From Azolla caroliniana (lineage: Eukaryota > Plantae > Polypodiophyta): DNA of 64,000 bases. Location of the stretch: assembly GCA_043228905.1 (NCBI GenBank), contig JBHGNT010000008.1:19220001-19284000 (forward strand). Direction: 5' to 3'. Both the position numbers and the translations under genes were made by a program. The notes below the pieces were generated by a model. That model was not told where the DNA came from, made no database searches, and saw only the letters and a program-made list of their open reading frames with translations. Below are positions 1 through 13,204 of the stretch, in pieces. Each line of letters begins with the position of its first letter. Positions within the stretch are counted from its first letter, which is position 1.

Positions 1-186
1 CACTGGTAGTCAAGGACGATATTCAAATATGAATTGCTAGATTGCATTAATATTTCGTTTGCTTTTCCCAGAAAGTGCTCATGTTTATGTGTATGTATGT
101 GAGATAACCTTTGGCCAGGATTGAGTATCGCTTAGTATGTAATACAAGGTGCTCACTTTATTCCATCTGTACATATTTTTCTGCAG

Positions 187-1795
187 ATAGCAACTAAGAT
201 AAATGGCAAGATTGCAGAGTGTTTTTTACGTGATGTTGGCACCCTTGAACAAGACTTAGTATTTGGTGATGCTGGCAGCAAGGAGCTCCTGAATCTACTA
301 ACAACAAAGGAGGTGCATTAGAACAAATATGACAGCCGAAATTGTTTTAGGTCTGTTTCCAGAAGCAGATATCTGACGACAACTTTATGTGCAGAACTTA
401 ACCAAAGAGAACAAACTACGTTTGCTCATGATATATGCTGCCTCTCATCCAGAGAAGCTAGAACCTGCCAAAAGACTCCAGTGGATGAAGGTTTTGTGCT
501 CTGCTGTCAGTTTTATGGCAATGTATTGTAATGTTAGATTGCAAAGATATAAATTTCGTACACAAACACAAAAGTATGAATGTATATCCATTATGGCAAT
601 GTATTGTAAAGTCAGATTGCAAAGATCTAAATTTCTTAGACACATTAAAAGTATGAATGTATATCCACACATAAGCATGCCGTTTGATATATTTTTCATG
701 TATAACACTCACTGCAGCTGGCAAGGCTTTCTGAGGATGATATGCGCCCTGTGGTAAATATGGAGTACATGGGCGTCTCTGTATCAAAGAAGCAGTCTGG
801 AGGTTTCGCTTTGAAATTTGGGGGCAAGAAAGTAAGAATCCAAAGACTTCGATTTGTTTTTGCTGAAGATTAGGTGTATGTGAGCTTAATCCTCTGTTTA
901 ATGGCACTGAAGAAACGAGGTATCAGAAAAGATCGGAATCAGGATGATGAAGAATATGACCTTTCCCGGTTTAGTCCTATTATCCAGGTATAAGAAAGTG
1001 CATAATCAATCACGTTTGTTTAATTTGTGCATAAATCCATAATTTGTACCCATGTGATAGTGCAATTGGAAATTGTCTTTAAATATAAATAGGAAGTGAT
1101 TGAAGATTTAGCCAATGGTGAACTGTCTAAGGAAGAATACCCTTATATGAAAGAACCCTCTGCAGCAGTGTTACAATCTATGGCAAGTGGCAGTGTCTCC
1201 CTGAGACTACCAACCTCAAATACAAAGCCAGCACAATCAATGAGAACTTCAAAACCTACTTCTACATGGGCCTCCAAGTTAAGACCTTCTGAAGATGGAT
1301 GTTCAAGGTATGTAAATTCCAACTCTCTGGATAAATTTGATTCTTTAAGTATTTCAGTGAATCATCATCAATGAGGCTTTCTCACAGTGACCCCAAAGTA
1401 ACTGGAAAGCGCATTTTTGTTTTTATGGTTGGTGGTGCCACACGCTCAGAGGTAAATTTGGGTTCTGCTTTCTTTGAAGACATCATTTAATTGGGCATGG
1501 GAATATCATGTATACGGATACAAAGGTTTGCACATGATTTAACCAAACAATTTTTTATTATTAATCACAGCTGAGGGCTGTGCACAAGCTTACAGGACGC
1601 CTAAAGAGGGAAGTGGTGCTTGGGACCACCAGCCTTGATGAACCTCATGAATTTCTGACGGTAACTTAAGTGTCCATTTTTGCATGTTTTGTTTTCCATT
1701 TTCTTTATACTAATGATATATGCTTGATGACTTTACAGAAACTTAAAGTGCTTAGTGTTCTTGACGAGATAGCATTGGACGATCTTCAGATTTAA
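187..1795 (+). CDS. Sec1/Munc18 (SM) family protein, SEC1/KEULE-like; 3' part only, 5' exons lie outside the window
   Basis: GT-AG exons 187-312, 395-490, 718-831, 913-987, 1093-1307, 1388-1451, 1571-1660 and 1739-1795 join in frame. Motifs typical of plant SEC1/KEULE C-termini: [65 protein letters not shown]. Ends ...IALDDLQI*. Confidence 0.92.
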
Positions 1796-2150
1796 TATGA
1801 TCATCTGAGATGGAATTTTGGACTACCATATATCTTGACGAGATAGCACTGGACGATCTTCAGATTTAATATGATCGTCTGAGATGGAATTTTGGACTAG
1901 AACCATATATCTTGATGAGATAGCACAGGATGATCTTCAGATTTAATATGATCGTCTGAGATGGAATTTTGGATTAGAACCATATATCTTGATGAGATAG
2001 CGTCGATCTTCAGATTTAATATGAGTGTCTGAGATGGAAATATATTATTAGTAGGGCCATAACTAGCAGCGTCACTGTGGGGCTTCAGATTTAATATGAT
2101 CGTCTGAGATGGAAATATATTATTGGTAGGGCCATAACAAGCATCACTGT
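1759..2150 (+). repeat. Tandem amplification (~74-77 bp unit, 4 copies plus a partial duplication) of the SEC1 stop-codon region
   Basis: Unit TCTTGAYGAGATAGCA...GATCTTCAGATTTAATATGATCGTCTGAGATGGAA starts near 1759, 1833, 1910 and 1987, with a partial copy near 2084. Confidence 0.9.
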
Positions 2151-2694
2151 GGTGGTAGAAAGTTGTACAATTACTACATTCTAAACATACCACCTTAAGT
2201 GTATGGGAAAGTTGGTTATAATGCAAATTGAAATGTATATGGGATTCCATACCATTTAGCATTGTGTACCATATACTGAGCATTTTAATTTGGTGTTTGT
2301 GGAATTCTACATCCTTCAGTGAAAACATGTCCTGTTACACATGATATGGTGAAAAACAATAAGTGAACTGGCATTTTAAATGCATGTAGAATTCCATACC
2401 ACTGAGCATTTGAAGTAATTATTTTTATTTGGTGTCATGTCTGACATAATGCATAACCTTGTGTAACAAAATTGTATGTAAAATAACCAGGAACAATGAT
2501 TTCAATTCTGCACACAATTTGAACACTATGCAGACCCTCAGCATGTATATCTTTTCAATTCCCCTACAAGATTTGAAAACTGTGAACTTTTAGATATGAC
2601 TACCTTTACAATGACAAATCATTTAAATCTGGTGTACTCCAACCACCCATGGAGAACTTGGATGTTCTTTTTTCACTATAAATTTCCCATGTTG

Positions 2695-5600
2695 TCAAGG
2701 TTTGTTGCTTTCCTGATCCACAGCCTCCAACTCATCAAAATCATCTGGTAGTGCATCCTCATCGAAATCATCAAGTAATATCTCACTAGGATCTGCATCG
2801 ATGTCAAACAGATCAATAGGCATCATCTCTAGGCTATAACATTGGAACACTCTATTTATCAACTCGGATGTCAGTTTCAATGTGCAAATGCTGAAATGAT
2901 CTCTCAAGATAAGTCACACCTCTCAAATGAGCTGCTTTGTTGTTTGGCATTTGAGCAATGCTACCTGATATATCATCAAGAACATAAGGCAACTCCAAAA
3001 GTTGTAGCAAGGACACTGTAAAAGGATTTCTGACATGACCTGTTAAGAAGGAAATTTGAATTCTGGATTGGTCAAACAACAAAATATGAAATAACCTTTA
3101 AAATCATATAGTGAAATCTCAAAATTATTTATTTAAGCCACATATCATCCTTTAACTTCCATTTAACTTGTTTATTTATTTATTTATTTAACTTGTTTGA
3201 GCAAGAATAATGTCTTCAACAGGGAGAAGGCAGAACCAAATTCTAGTTTGGTCATCACAGGTGAGCCAGAAGTAGCCATGTCCACTATGCCTTTGGGTGG
3301 GTGAACACATCTTCTGACAGTTATCTTTCCAGGGTGCTAAGCATAACGCTACTTAAATTGGCAATACTTGTATTGCTCCTATCTCGTGTTGGAGTAGTGC
3401 ATTGCATGTTACGTTACATTCTGCTATGACTGACATTATTTCACCAATCAAGGTGGTCGAATCGCACTCACAGGATTGGCCAGACCTGAATTCTATTTTT
3501 TTTCTACAGCCTAGACACAGAATGTGTAATAACGTCTTTTTGGAGGCCAAAATGGCCTATAAGACAAAACAGGAGATTACATCAAGAAGAGCTACAAAAG
3601 GCACAAAGGTTGTGTCCCCTTTCACATTGGGGTGGCCATTAGCCTCAATGCACTAGACCTAACTTTGTTGGATTGGTCTTTAATTCCTGTGCCCTCATGG
3701 GTCATGCTAGTACGACAGGTACTCAATAGTAAACTCCCACTATCCATCACTAGATATCACCGTTCCCTGTGAAGCTCCATCTCAAATCCAAAAACAAGAC
3801 AAAACATTAATGCAGCTGTTATTTAGCCACTTACTTGCTGATGAGTTCACAGAAAGTCGCCTATTAGGATCATATGGTGTAACTGTTGCTACAAAGTCAG
3901 TGGGGATTACAGTTCCCAACTCCAGAAGCTTTTTTTTAATCCATTCTCGATGTTTATTCAGGTCCACGTCTTGAGAACTGGGCAAGCACACAATAATAAA
4001 ATTTTAAACATCATCATTATAGAAATAGGCCAATCAGCATTGATTAGGAAAAACATGAGCACCTCGGTAATGCAGACCATTTTGAGGTCAATGGAAAATA
4101 TGGATTGTATGCCCTGGTGATAGCTAGCCACTCTTCATCGTGCCTGAATTCTGGTGTGTTGTCATTTACAGATACTTCAATAACCTTTTAAATGACTTGA
4201 TTGTCAGAATGTATCACCAAAGACAACATGTACAATAATTTGGATTCTATCCATAGAAGTGCATGTCACCTGTAAAAAGTTCCGGTTGGGAAGACATTTG
4301 TCTAAAGCAAGGAACTTTGTAATCTCTCCTCCAGTGTGTTGAATGAGCGCTGCAAACTTAGTGTGTAGATGGGCTGCAAACCAGTAAGAAGGCTTCAGCT
4401 TTTGTAGAAGTTTCTCTCCAGGTTCACTCCCTAAAGTACCATTCATGACCTAAAAGAGAGGTAAACAATCTATCACTTTGGCTGTCACCAGTTACATGCC
4501 ATTGCCTCAACCTTAATATATATATACATCATACAACATACACAAACACCAATACACCCGTCATAAATATAGAACACACATAAAAAGCATACCTCTTCCT
4601 CGAGAAATGGCTTGTGCCGAAGCAAACCTTTCTTATCCCCAAACTTAACAATACCCCGAGGCCAATCATGTGTAAGGAAAATGTCCAATGGTTCCTGAAT
4701 TTGCATAAGTTTGTGAACATCATATTCCCGGATGTGATATACTGACCGTAATTCATTTGCATTATATGGAGGACGCTCATAATGACCTGCACACATCTTT
4801 TGATAAGTATTACCCATGTCAGATGTAAAAACAGGAGCTAATTCTCACTGAATTGCTATTTTTCAAGGGTTCTTTTCTTGGCTTTTATTTACCAGAATAA
4901 ACTTTGAAACATTCAACCAAATTTACAACTTTAATAGTTCACTATAGATATTTGGCAAAATGTTGAGATGTTAACCCAAATTTCATATGCCATAAATTTA
5001 CCCAATCATCTTCACTTGTTGAATCCTTGAGATCCCTTATCTTTCACTCTATTTGTAGATCTCCTAAACACATTAAATATGCCAACTTGCCTGCTTGGTA
5101 ATGCTGACGCTTGAAAATTCCAGACAGTCCACCTATCCGCACACCTCCGAAGCAAACTACTCCGGCATATCCAAGAAAGTATATACGAGGGGCAGCCCAG
5201 CCTCCATAGTACCTAGGCACTTTCAGAAATTTGAGAAGCTTTCAATCCATGTATTTCCTAAACTTTATACCTGAGCAACCTAGTTGACACAATTAATCAT
5301 TGATGAATGTTTAATAGCTTTCTTCATTTGACAAAAGCAGTTTGCCTCCATACTAGGATAGAAAGAGGAGAGAGAATTTCGAAGAAGTCGCTGAAGAAAG
5401 GATGGATGTGGCCTATTGTAAACCCTTTCAAATGTTGTGGTTGAGACCCTACTTGTGTAGCCCTTCATCAGTTTGTGGCATGAGAGGAGAGAGAGAGAGA
5501 GATTTTGGTTCATTTTAGGCATTTTCATTAGATCGCTAATGCAAACAACTTCCATGCTTGAATAATTGATACATATGCATGTGAACATAGCTCAAATTTT

Positions 5601-7119
5601 GCGAGAGGTTTTAACAATGGGAGTGATTTTCCTAAAGAATACAAAAACACATTAATCAAGTGGTAGGAATAAAAATCTAAACTATAAATATGATCATCTC
5701 AAGAAACACAGATCTCATCAACTTCATGAAACAGCAGCTGAAATTAACAGGCTAAACATATGAACAAGCTATGAAGATTTCATCAATTGTTACATGATTT
5801 CGTCACCAAACAATTAAAATGCTAAGCAATGCAGATTTTATTTATTCACATATGCAGCAAATAACCTTTATTTCGTACAAGGTGAAGATTAAGCTAGGAA
5901 GATTTTACGCCCCGCATATGCAATAAAAGTACAAATTACAAAACCAAACAAGGACAAAAATGAAGATTACATATTTCTACAACAAAACTACATATGATAA
6001 TAAGCACTTTATTTATATAGTATGTATATTTCATAGCCAAATAAAGTAGAAGAAACTCACAATTCCCATAGGTAATTCGATGCTTCATGATTACCACCAA
6101 TGAATAACGTGGGATATGGAGCAATTTCTTCCCCTGAGTAATATTTCCAGAAGCTATTCATAGACTTATATTTGTCAGGGCAAGCCATGGAGCGAAGGTC
6201 TTCCTCATTCCGGACAGCCTATGCAACCAATGTTTCAAACAACCAAAAGCAAAATTCTTGTATTAGAGAAAAGTAATGGAAAAAAGGTAATTTCCATTAC
6301 TCTCCCTTGCATCAGGAAACACATAAGACTGGAAACCGGGAAAAGTTGTATGATTGAGAGAAAAGCGGCAGATTTTGTTAGAAAATGATTATTAAAACAA
6401 GGTGATTAAAACAAGCAAAGTCAGAAGACAGATGTTCCTGTGTTAGAAAGAAAGATAAAAAGATAAAAAGAAGAGAGCATAAAGATATTACAGAAGTAGA
6501 ATTTTCTGGCACCTCTACATCAGGAAAGTCCTACTAAAAGTGGAAGGTTGAAGAATTGATGAAAACAAAGGTTGAAGTCTATTGCTGAGAAAAGGATTAA
6601 AAAAGAGGCCGTTTCTGCGGCTAATTTACATCAGACGGAAGCAACGAAGTTATTAAAGAGATGTCCGATCAGAACAGAAAGGAAGCTCTTTCTATGACTG
6701 TTTTGAAATTCCGGAATGCACAAGACAAACGAAGGCGAGCCGAAACGGAAGCTGTTTCTGTCATATGAAAAAGCGACGGTTTCTGTGGCAAAGAATAAGA
6801 AAGGCAGGCCCCGTTTCTGTCCAGATGAGGAATGGAAACGAGAAAGAGCAGGAAACTATGACGTTTCTGTGACAAAGGAGAGAGAAGTGATGCCGATGCT
6901 ATGGCTGTATGGCATATGCCAACGAAGGAAGAAGAGCCATAGAGTTTGAGGAGGAAAGAAAGAAGAAAAGTTAGGGTTAGAGGGAGGGAGAAAAACCTGG
7001 AAGTCGCCACAGCAGATGAGGAGGTCGATCTTGAGGTTCTGCATTCGTTCCAGGTGTTGCAGAGTGGCGTAGATGTTGTCGAGGTCGCCATGAGCGCATC
7101 CCTCCACTGCGATCCGCAT
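2695..7119 (-). CDS. DBR1: RNA lariat debranching enzyme, 9 exons, ~431 aa
   Basis: Exons 6997-7119, 6061-6218, 5091-5212, 4593-4786, 4270-4449, 4063-4184, 3835-3977, 2920-3039 and 2695-2828 join in frame. Motifs: [78 protein letters not shown]. Acidic C-terminal tail. Confidence 0.95.
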
Positions 7120-7251
7120 TTCTCCTTCGCTTTCCTTTCCCTCCACAGTCTGCAATCCACAGAGAGAGTAGAGCAGCAAACAGCAGCTATTCAAACACAC
7201 ACACACACACACCAAATTGAAAACTTTAAATACACAGAGATACATATCATC

Positions 7252-7962
7252 TACCTATCGACAACGTAAAAAATACACAGAGATACATATTATCTAACTA
7301 TCGACAACGGTTCGGTTTGAATCGAACCGAACCGAACCTTCGGCTTAACCGATTCGGCTCGGTTCATGTTTATTTTTTTATCGGATCGGTTCTAACTATC
7401 GACAACGGTTCGGTTTGAACCGAACCTTCGGCTTAACTGGTTCGTCTCGGCTCATGTTTATTTTTTATCGGTTCGGTTCTAACTCTCGACAACGGTTCGG
7501 TTTGAACCGAACCCTTTTGGCTTAACCGGTTTGGCTCGGTTCATGTTTATTTTTTTATCGGTTCGGTTCAGGTTTATTTTTTATCGGTTTGGTTTCAACT
7601 GTCAGAAACCTCGCTTTAAACGGTTTGACGATTTTTATTTTTATTTTTTTTTTAAATTTTAAATTTTAAAAAATTGTTTTTAAACAATCTTTTCATTTTT
7701 GGACCTTATTCTCACATTTTAGGAACATCTTTAAAATTTTAGAATTTTAAAATAATGAAATATTTTAAATTTTAAATTTTAAATTTAACATAAGTTGAAA
7801 ACCAAAACCGATCCACGAAACCGTGGTTTTAACGGTTTGAAAAAAAAACAGTTCAGTTTAACGGTTTCGTGGTTTGGTTCGATTCAGGGTTTTTTTTTTA
7901 AAGTAAACGGTTCGGTTTTGACCCTCTCAAACCAAACCAAACCAAACTGTTGCCAATTGATT
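7252..7962. mobile_element. Non-autonomous hAT-like MITE (AACCG/CGGTT-rich family), copy 1
   Basis: Left end TAACTATCGACAACGGTTCGG is tandemly repeated; right end is CCAAACTGTTGCCAATTG. Dense AACCG/CGGTT subterminal motifs and an AT-rich core are shared with the copies at 13205, 44770 and 51178. TSD is unclear. Confidence 0.75.
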
Positions 7963-8834
7963 GTCATCATCATCTTATCATCTTGTATGTATGTATGTAT
8001 ATGTGTATGTATGCATGTAAGTATGTTTAGGGTTTAGAGTTTTAGGGTATATTTGTATGTACATATGTAACACATTTTTCTGAGAAGAACTCTATAAAGA
8101 AATGCCAGTCTTCGAGGCTTGTATGGCCCCGTTTTCCTTTCGGTATCTTGGCTATGCTAAGAAGAAGAAGCCGGTGCCGGGAAGGAAGGAAGAAAGCTAT
8201 ATACATTAACCTCTTTCTAGAGGTTCGAATCGCCTCTAACTGAGAAAGAAACAAGTGAGATGCACTTACTGGCATTAAGTGCTGAAGTTGAAGCTCAATT
8301 CTAAAATGTACCAGGAGGTTGACTGAAAGGGTTATTTGAGAAAGAAAAGAATAGTTCGACAGCATTTTAAGATAGATTTTGTTTTTGCCCCATGTAGAAG
8401 GTGAGACCTCTTGTTTATGGACATTCCGTGATCATTGAAGAATGATTAGGGTTAATTATGGCATAGAAGAGGAGTTTAGGTGTGTGGGTATAAAGAGGAA
8501 AGTAAATGTACTTTCAAGAATTGCATGAAAATTGATGTGTATTTTAATAAATATTTCTTAAACTTATATTGATATGATTGGCCAATCAAAGATTGATTGG
8601 TCTCGTGTGTAATCTCTATAGATGGTGGTGCGTGCTATTGATTAGTTGAAGCACTTTGAGGCCAAAAGATTTAGGTGGAATCTTTGCAATTACCATCAAT
8701 TCTTGCACTTTTTTTGCTTAAGAACCTCAATAGATAAGACTTAGACAGGGAATAGATAACACTTAGGATGCATTTTGCTACTTGAAAATCTACTTGAGGA
8801 GAATCTGATTGCATTAAATCAGAGAGTATTGTTG

Positions 8835-9260
8835 ATTTAGCTCAGCCCAATTGTTGAAAGTCCCAAAGATAGAATGGGCAATTCCGAGCATGCATGAACT
8901 ACCAGAAGCTCAATGCAGCCACAATATTTGATCCATTTCCACTATTCTCAATATGGTGATCAGTGTGAAATGTACAGCTTCCTGAACAGGTTCACCAGCT
9001 ACAATCAAGTCAAGTTCACATGGCTCTGAAAAAACAGGAGAAGACTGCGTTCCTCACCGAGGCCATAATGATGTTTGGGTTGAAAAAGGCCATGATGACC
9101 TTCGAATTCAGCCTTCATGCAAGCATTCTTGGACATAGTTGCAGTGTTTGGGCAAATGAGTGACCACCTATGATAGTGAACATAGTGTCTGTAAAAGTGG
9201 CGCGCGGCTTGGTTCAGCCTCAACCCCACAAACTGCACACTGATGGTGTCTGGCTGCAAC
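8835..9260 (+). mobile_element. Degenerate Ty3/gypsy reverse transcriptase fragment
   Basis: Frameshifted remnants read SPIV..VPK, RACMNYQKLNAATIFDPFPL, MYSFLNRFTSYNQVK (cf. YSFLDGFSGYNQ), EKTAFLT, MMFGLKKA and SLNPTNC. Confidence 0.75.
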
Positions 9261-10208
9261 TTAAGTTTCGATCGATGTCTTACTTGTATTTTCTATTTAG
9301 GTAAGCCATAGGAAGACAAAGATTAACATCTCCAAAAAAGGAGCTAATTTATTTGGGAGTTACATCCGTAGGGCCCCTTTTTTCTCGAAAATCTGCATTG
9401 ACAACTACAACCTCATCGAGTTATACAATGCTTGGAACATTCGAGAGAATGTGTGCATGCCATCTTTCGAGAGCCATTCATGAAACTATCACCATCTTAG
9501 TCACATCTCACCTTCATATAGGTCACACATTTGGGAAACCAATCTTGATGTAAAGAGGAAAAAGATGCCCTATTATCAATTCCTACATATATCAACTTCT
9601 TTTTCAGCACAAAGGCTGCTCATCTATCACTGCAGTATGACAAGATGGATGCCAACCTCACAAGGGTTGACGATAGACATACAGACATACACCACTTATG
9701 TATGGATTCTTATAGACTTCATGAAATATAATTATCCTCTCTGATAGGGTTTTGGACTTCTTCATATCACTGATAAACTTGGAAGTACATGTCCACTATG
9801 TGCTCTTACATTTTTCCTGGTCTCCAGAGCTTCAAATACAATCTTTGATAATGTAATTTTTACTTCACATATTCGTGAAGACTGCATCATTTTGTATCTC
9901 TCTGAACCATGCCAACACTGCATAACAAAGATACTTGGAAACTAAGGCATTCAATACAATACTCCCCATAGAAATTTTGTTGTCGACTAATGTCCAGCAA
10001 CTACAATTGTCTGTTCTATCAACCAGATAAAAAGATTAAAATTCCCAAAAGAATTCATCGTGGTACAATTCTCACAACTGCATCTTCCGCCTCAAAAACT
10101 CTGTGAATAAAGTTCTCATTTTTCTAGACTCGTCATGTCCACACATGTAGACAATGATTCACCTTTGAGCAGATCAAGTTTAACAGTAAAAGACTGACAT
10201 TTCTCATA

Positions 10209-13149
10209 TCAACAACCAATCCAATTAGATAAACCACCATAAACCATCAAAGCTTCAATTCTATCTGCCTCTCTTTGCATCCCAGCAGCTGCATATATAT
10301 TTGCCATGCAAATGTATGCAGCACCACATTTTTCATCCAACTGTATGGACTGTTCAAAAGCCCATCTTCCAAATTCCACGTTCCTCCATTTCCTACAAGC
10401 ACCCAATATACTCCGGAATACACGAAGATGGGCAGAATATGGACACTTTTTAAGCCATGCCTTTGCCTTGTCAAAGTATCCTGCTCGGCCAAATAGATCA
10501 ATCATACAGATGTAGTGTTCTAGTGTGGGCGTCAGACAATATACAACACACATTTCATCAAAAAACTTTTCACCATCCCTCACTAGACCTCCATGACTGC
10601 ATGCTGACAGTAGACCAATGAAGGTAACCAAATTTGGCACAACACCGTCTGCCCTCATTCTCCTATATTGGTCTAAAGCCACATTACCTTGACCTGACTG
10701 AGCATATCCAGTGATCAAAGTATTCCAGGACATGATATTCTGCTCTGGAAGTTCTGCAAACACTTCTTGTGCTTTCTCCATTGCACCACACTTGGAATAC
10801 ATGTCCACCAAAGCAGTGCCAAGAATTACATTTTTCTCGACTAACCCTTGCTCTCTTATCTTGGCATCTATCTCTTCCCCAATCTCTAGAGACCCCACAA
10901 TGCCACATGCTTTCAAAACATAGATATAAGTTATCACATTTGGGCACACTCCCACATCCTTCATTTCTTGGAACAATTTCAGTGCTTCATCACCAAGACC
11001 ATGTTGAGCATATCCAGTGATCAAGGCAGTCCAAGAGACAACATCTCGTACTGGAAGTTCCATAAACACTTCTTGTGCTTTGTCCAGCACACCACACTTG
11101 GAATACATATCCACCAACGCATTGCCAATCACAACATCCTTCTCCAATAGCCCTTTCTTTCTGATTTCAGCATTGATATCTTCTCCAATCTCTAGAGATC
11201 CCACAAGACTGCAAGCTTTCAAAATGCTGATATATGTCACTGCATCTGGAGAGACATTGTCAGTTTGCATCTGCTCGAAGGATTTTAATGCTTCAGCACC
11301 AAGACCATTTTGGGCATATCCAGAGATCATGGCATTCCAAGATATCAGATTCTGCTCTTGAAGATTGTCAAACACTTCTTGTGCGTTCTGAATTTCACCA
11401 CATTTCGAATACATATCTACCAATGCACTGCCAAGCATGATGCTCTTCTGCAGTAACCCTTTCTTTCTAATCTCAGCATCTATTTCTTTCCCAATCACTA
11501 AAGATCCTACCAACCCACAAGCTTTCAACGTCGAGACATAAGTTATCTCAGTTGGAGAGATTCCCGTATCTTTCATTTGTCTAAAGCATTTCAATGCTTG
11601 ATCACCAAGTCCATTTTGGGTATATCCAGTGATAAGGGCACTCCAAGTTACAACATTCCGCTCTGGAAGCTCATCAAACAACTTTTGAGCTTTTTCTAAC
11701 GCACCACATTTACAATACATGTCTAACAATGCAGTGCTGAGCCTGACATCTTTCTCCAACAGCCCTTTCCTTCTAGTTTCTGCATCTATCTTTTCCCCAA
11801 TCTCTAGAGACCCCATGAGGCTACAAGCTTTCAAAATCCAGATATAAGTTATTGCATCCGGACAAACTTCCATATTTTTCATTTGTTTGAAGCATCTCAC
11901 CGCTTCATTACAAAGCCCGTTTTGGATATATCCGGCAATAAGGGCATTCCAAGACCCAGCATTCCTCTCAGGCAGCTGCTCAAACACTTCTTGTGCCTTC
12001 TTCAATGCACCACACTTAGAATACATGTCTACTAATGCATTGCCAAGCACAATGTCTTTCCGCAATAGCCCTTCCTTTCTAATTTCTGTATTGATTTCTT
12101 CCCCAATCTCTAGCGATCTCACAATGCCACAGGACTTCAAAACGCAAGCATACGTTCTCGCATCTGGGCATACTCCCGCATTTTGCATATGACGGAAGCA
12201 TTTCAATGCTTCATCACCTAGACCATTTTGGGCATATCCAGAAATAAGGGCATTCCAAGATACAACATTCCTCTCTGGAAGCTCATCGAACACTTCTCGT
12301 GCTTTTTCAAGCATGCCACACTTGGAATACATATCCACCAGTGCAGTGCCAAGCACTACATTCTTATGTAATAATCCTTGCTTTCTGATCTCTGCATCTA
12401 TATTTTCTCCAACATCTAGAGATCCCACAATACCGCAAGCTTTCAGTACACAAACATAAGTTACTTCATTGGGAGCGACTCCATCATTCTTCATTTCTAT
12501 GAAGCATTTCAAAGCTTCATCACCAAGTTCATTTTGCGCATATCCAGTAATCAAGGCACTCCAAGCGACAACATTCCGTTCCAGGAGCTTCTCAAACACA
12601 CCTCTCGCGTCATCCATTGAACCACATTTTCCGTATGTTGTAATCAAGGAAGTGGCAATATAAGCATCCTTGGCAATCAGGTTTTTCTTAAGAACCTCAT
12701 CATGCATTCGGCGTGCTTCATTTAGATTCTTTTCTTTCCCATACAACTGTATCAGATTCAAAGCCCTAATTTGATCACGAAACTGAGCTCTTCGAAGCTC
12801 CTCGTCCTCATCATTGCGCGTATTATGGCCGACGGAATCTAGAAAGCCGAGATCTGTCAACTTCTCTTTGACGCAAGGGGGATTGTGCCAGCCATTGATC
12901 CATAGAGGCTTCTTTGTTCGTTTATGCCTGAAGTCTGGGGAGGTTGGAGATCTCTATGATGGAAGGGGAGGGGAGGGGGAGCCAAGGTGGTTAGGGTTTA
13001 AAAGAAACAGGGGAAATGCTCAGAGAAAAGAAGGAAGGCGATGGATGCGTTACCTTATCGGCTCGATTGTCCCAGAACTTGGAAGGATCGATGAAGAACT
13101 CATCCCACAAGGCACTGGTCTCAGGAGAGAGAGCCATCACTATTTCCAT
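10209..13149 (-). CDS. PLS-class PPR protein (E subgroup, no DYW) with an N-terminal OSB-type PDF motif; 2 exons
   Basis: Exon 2 (10209-12953) has seven P-type motifs (WxALIxGYAQ) in ~102-aa PLS triplets, then S2/E1/E2 (PTLEHYICMIDLFGRAG...LGACRKWRNVEFG...AAYICMANIYAAAG). Exon 1 (13054 to ATG at 13137 or 13149) joins through a phase-0 intron (AAG|GTAACG...CCTTCCATCATAG|AGA) to give LWDEFFIDPSKFWDNRADK|RSPTSPDFRHKRTKKPLWIN. Confidence 0.92.
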
Positions 13150-13204
13150 TCACATGCATCCTGACCTTTAAATAGAGACCATGGATCAATTATTAGCTTA
13201 GAAC

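Noticed and set aside
9005-10200. Downstream DYW deaminase exon for the PPR gene
   Set aside because: No HxE...CxxC or DYW-like motif was found. ORF 9005-9259 is the antisense of a gypsy RT remnant.
10247-12663. Short overlapping and antisense ORFs within the PPR gene
   Set aside because: They are shadow frames of the repetitive PPR coding sequence.
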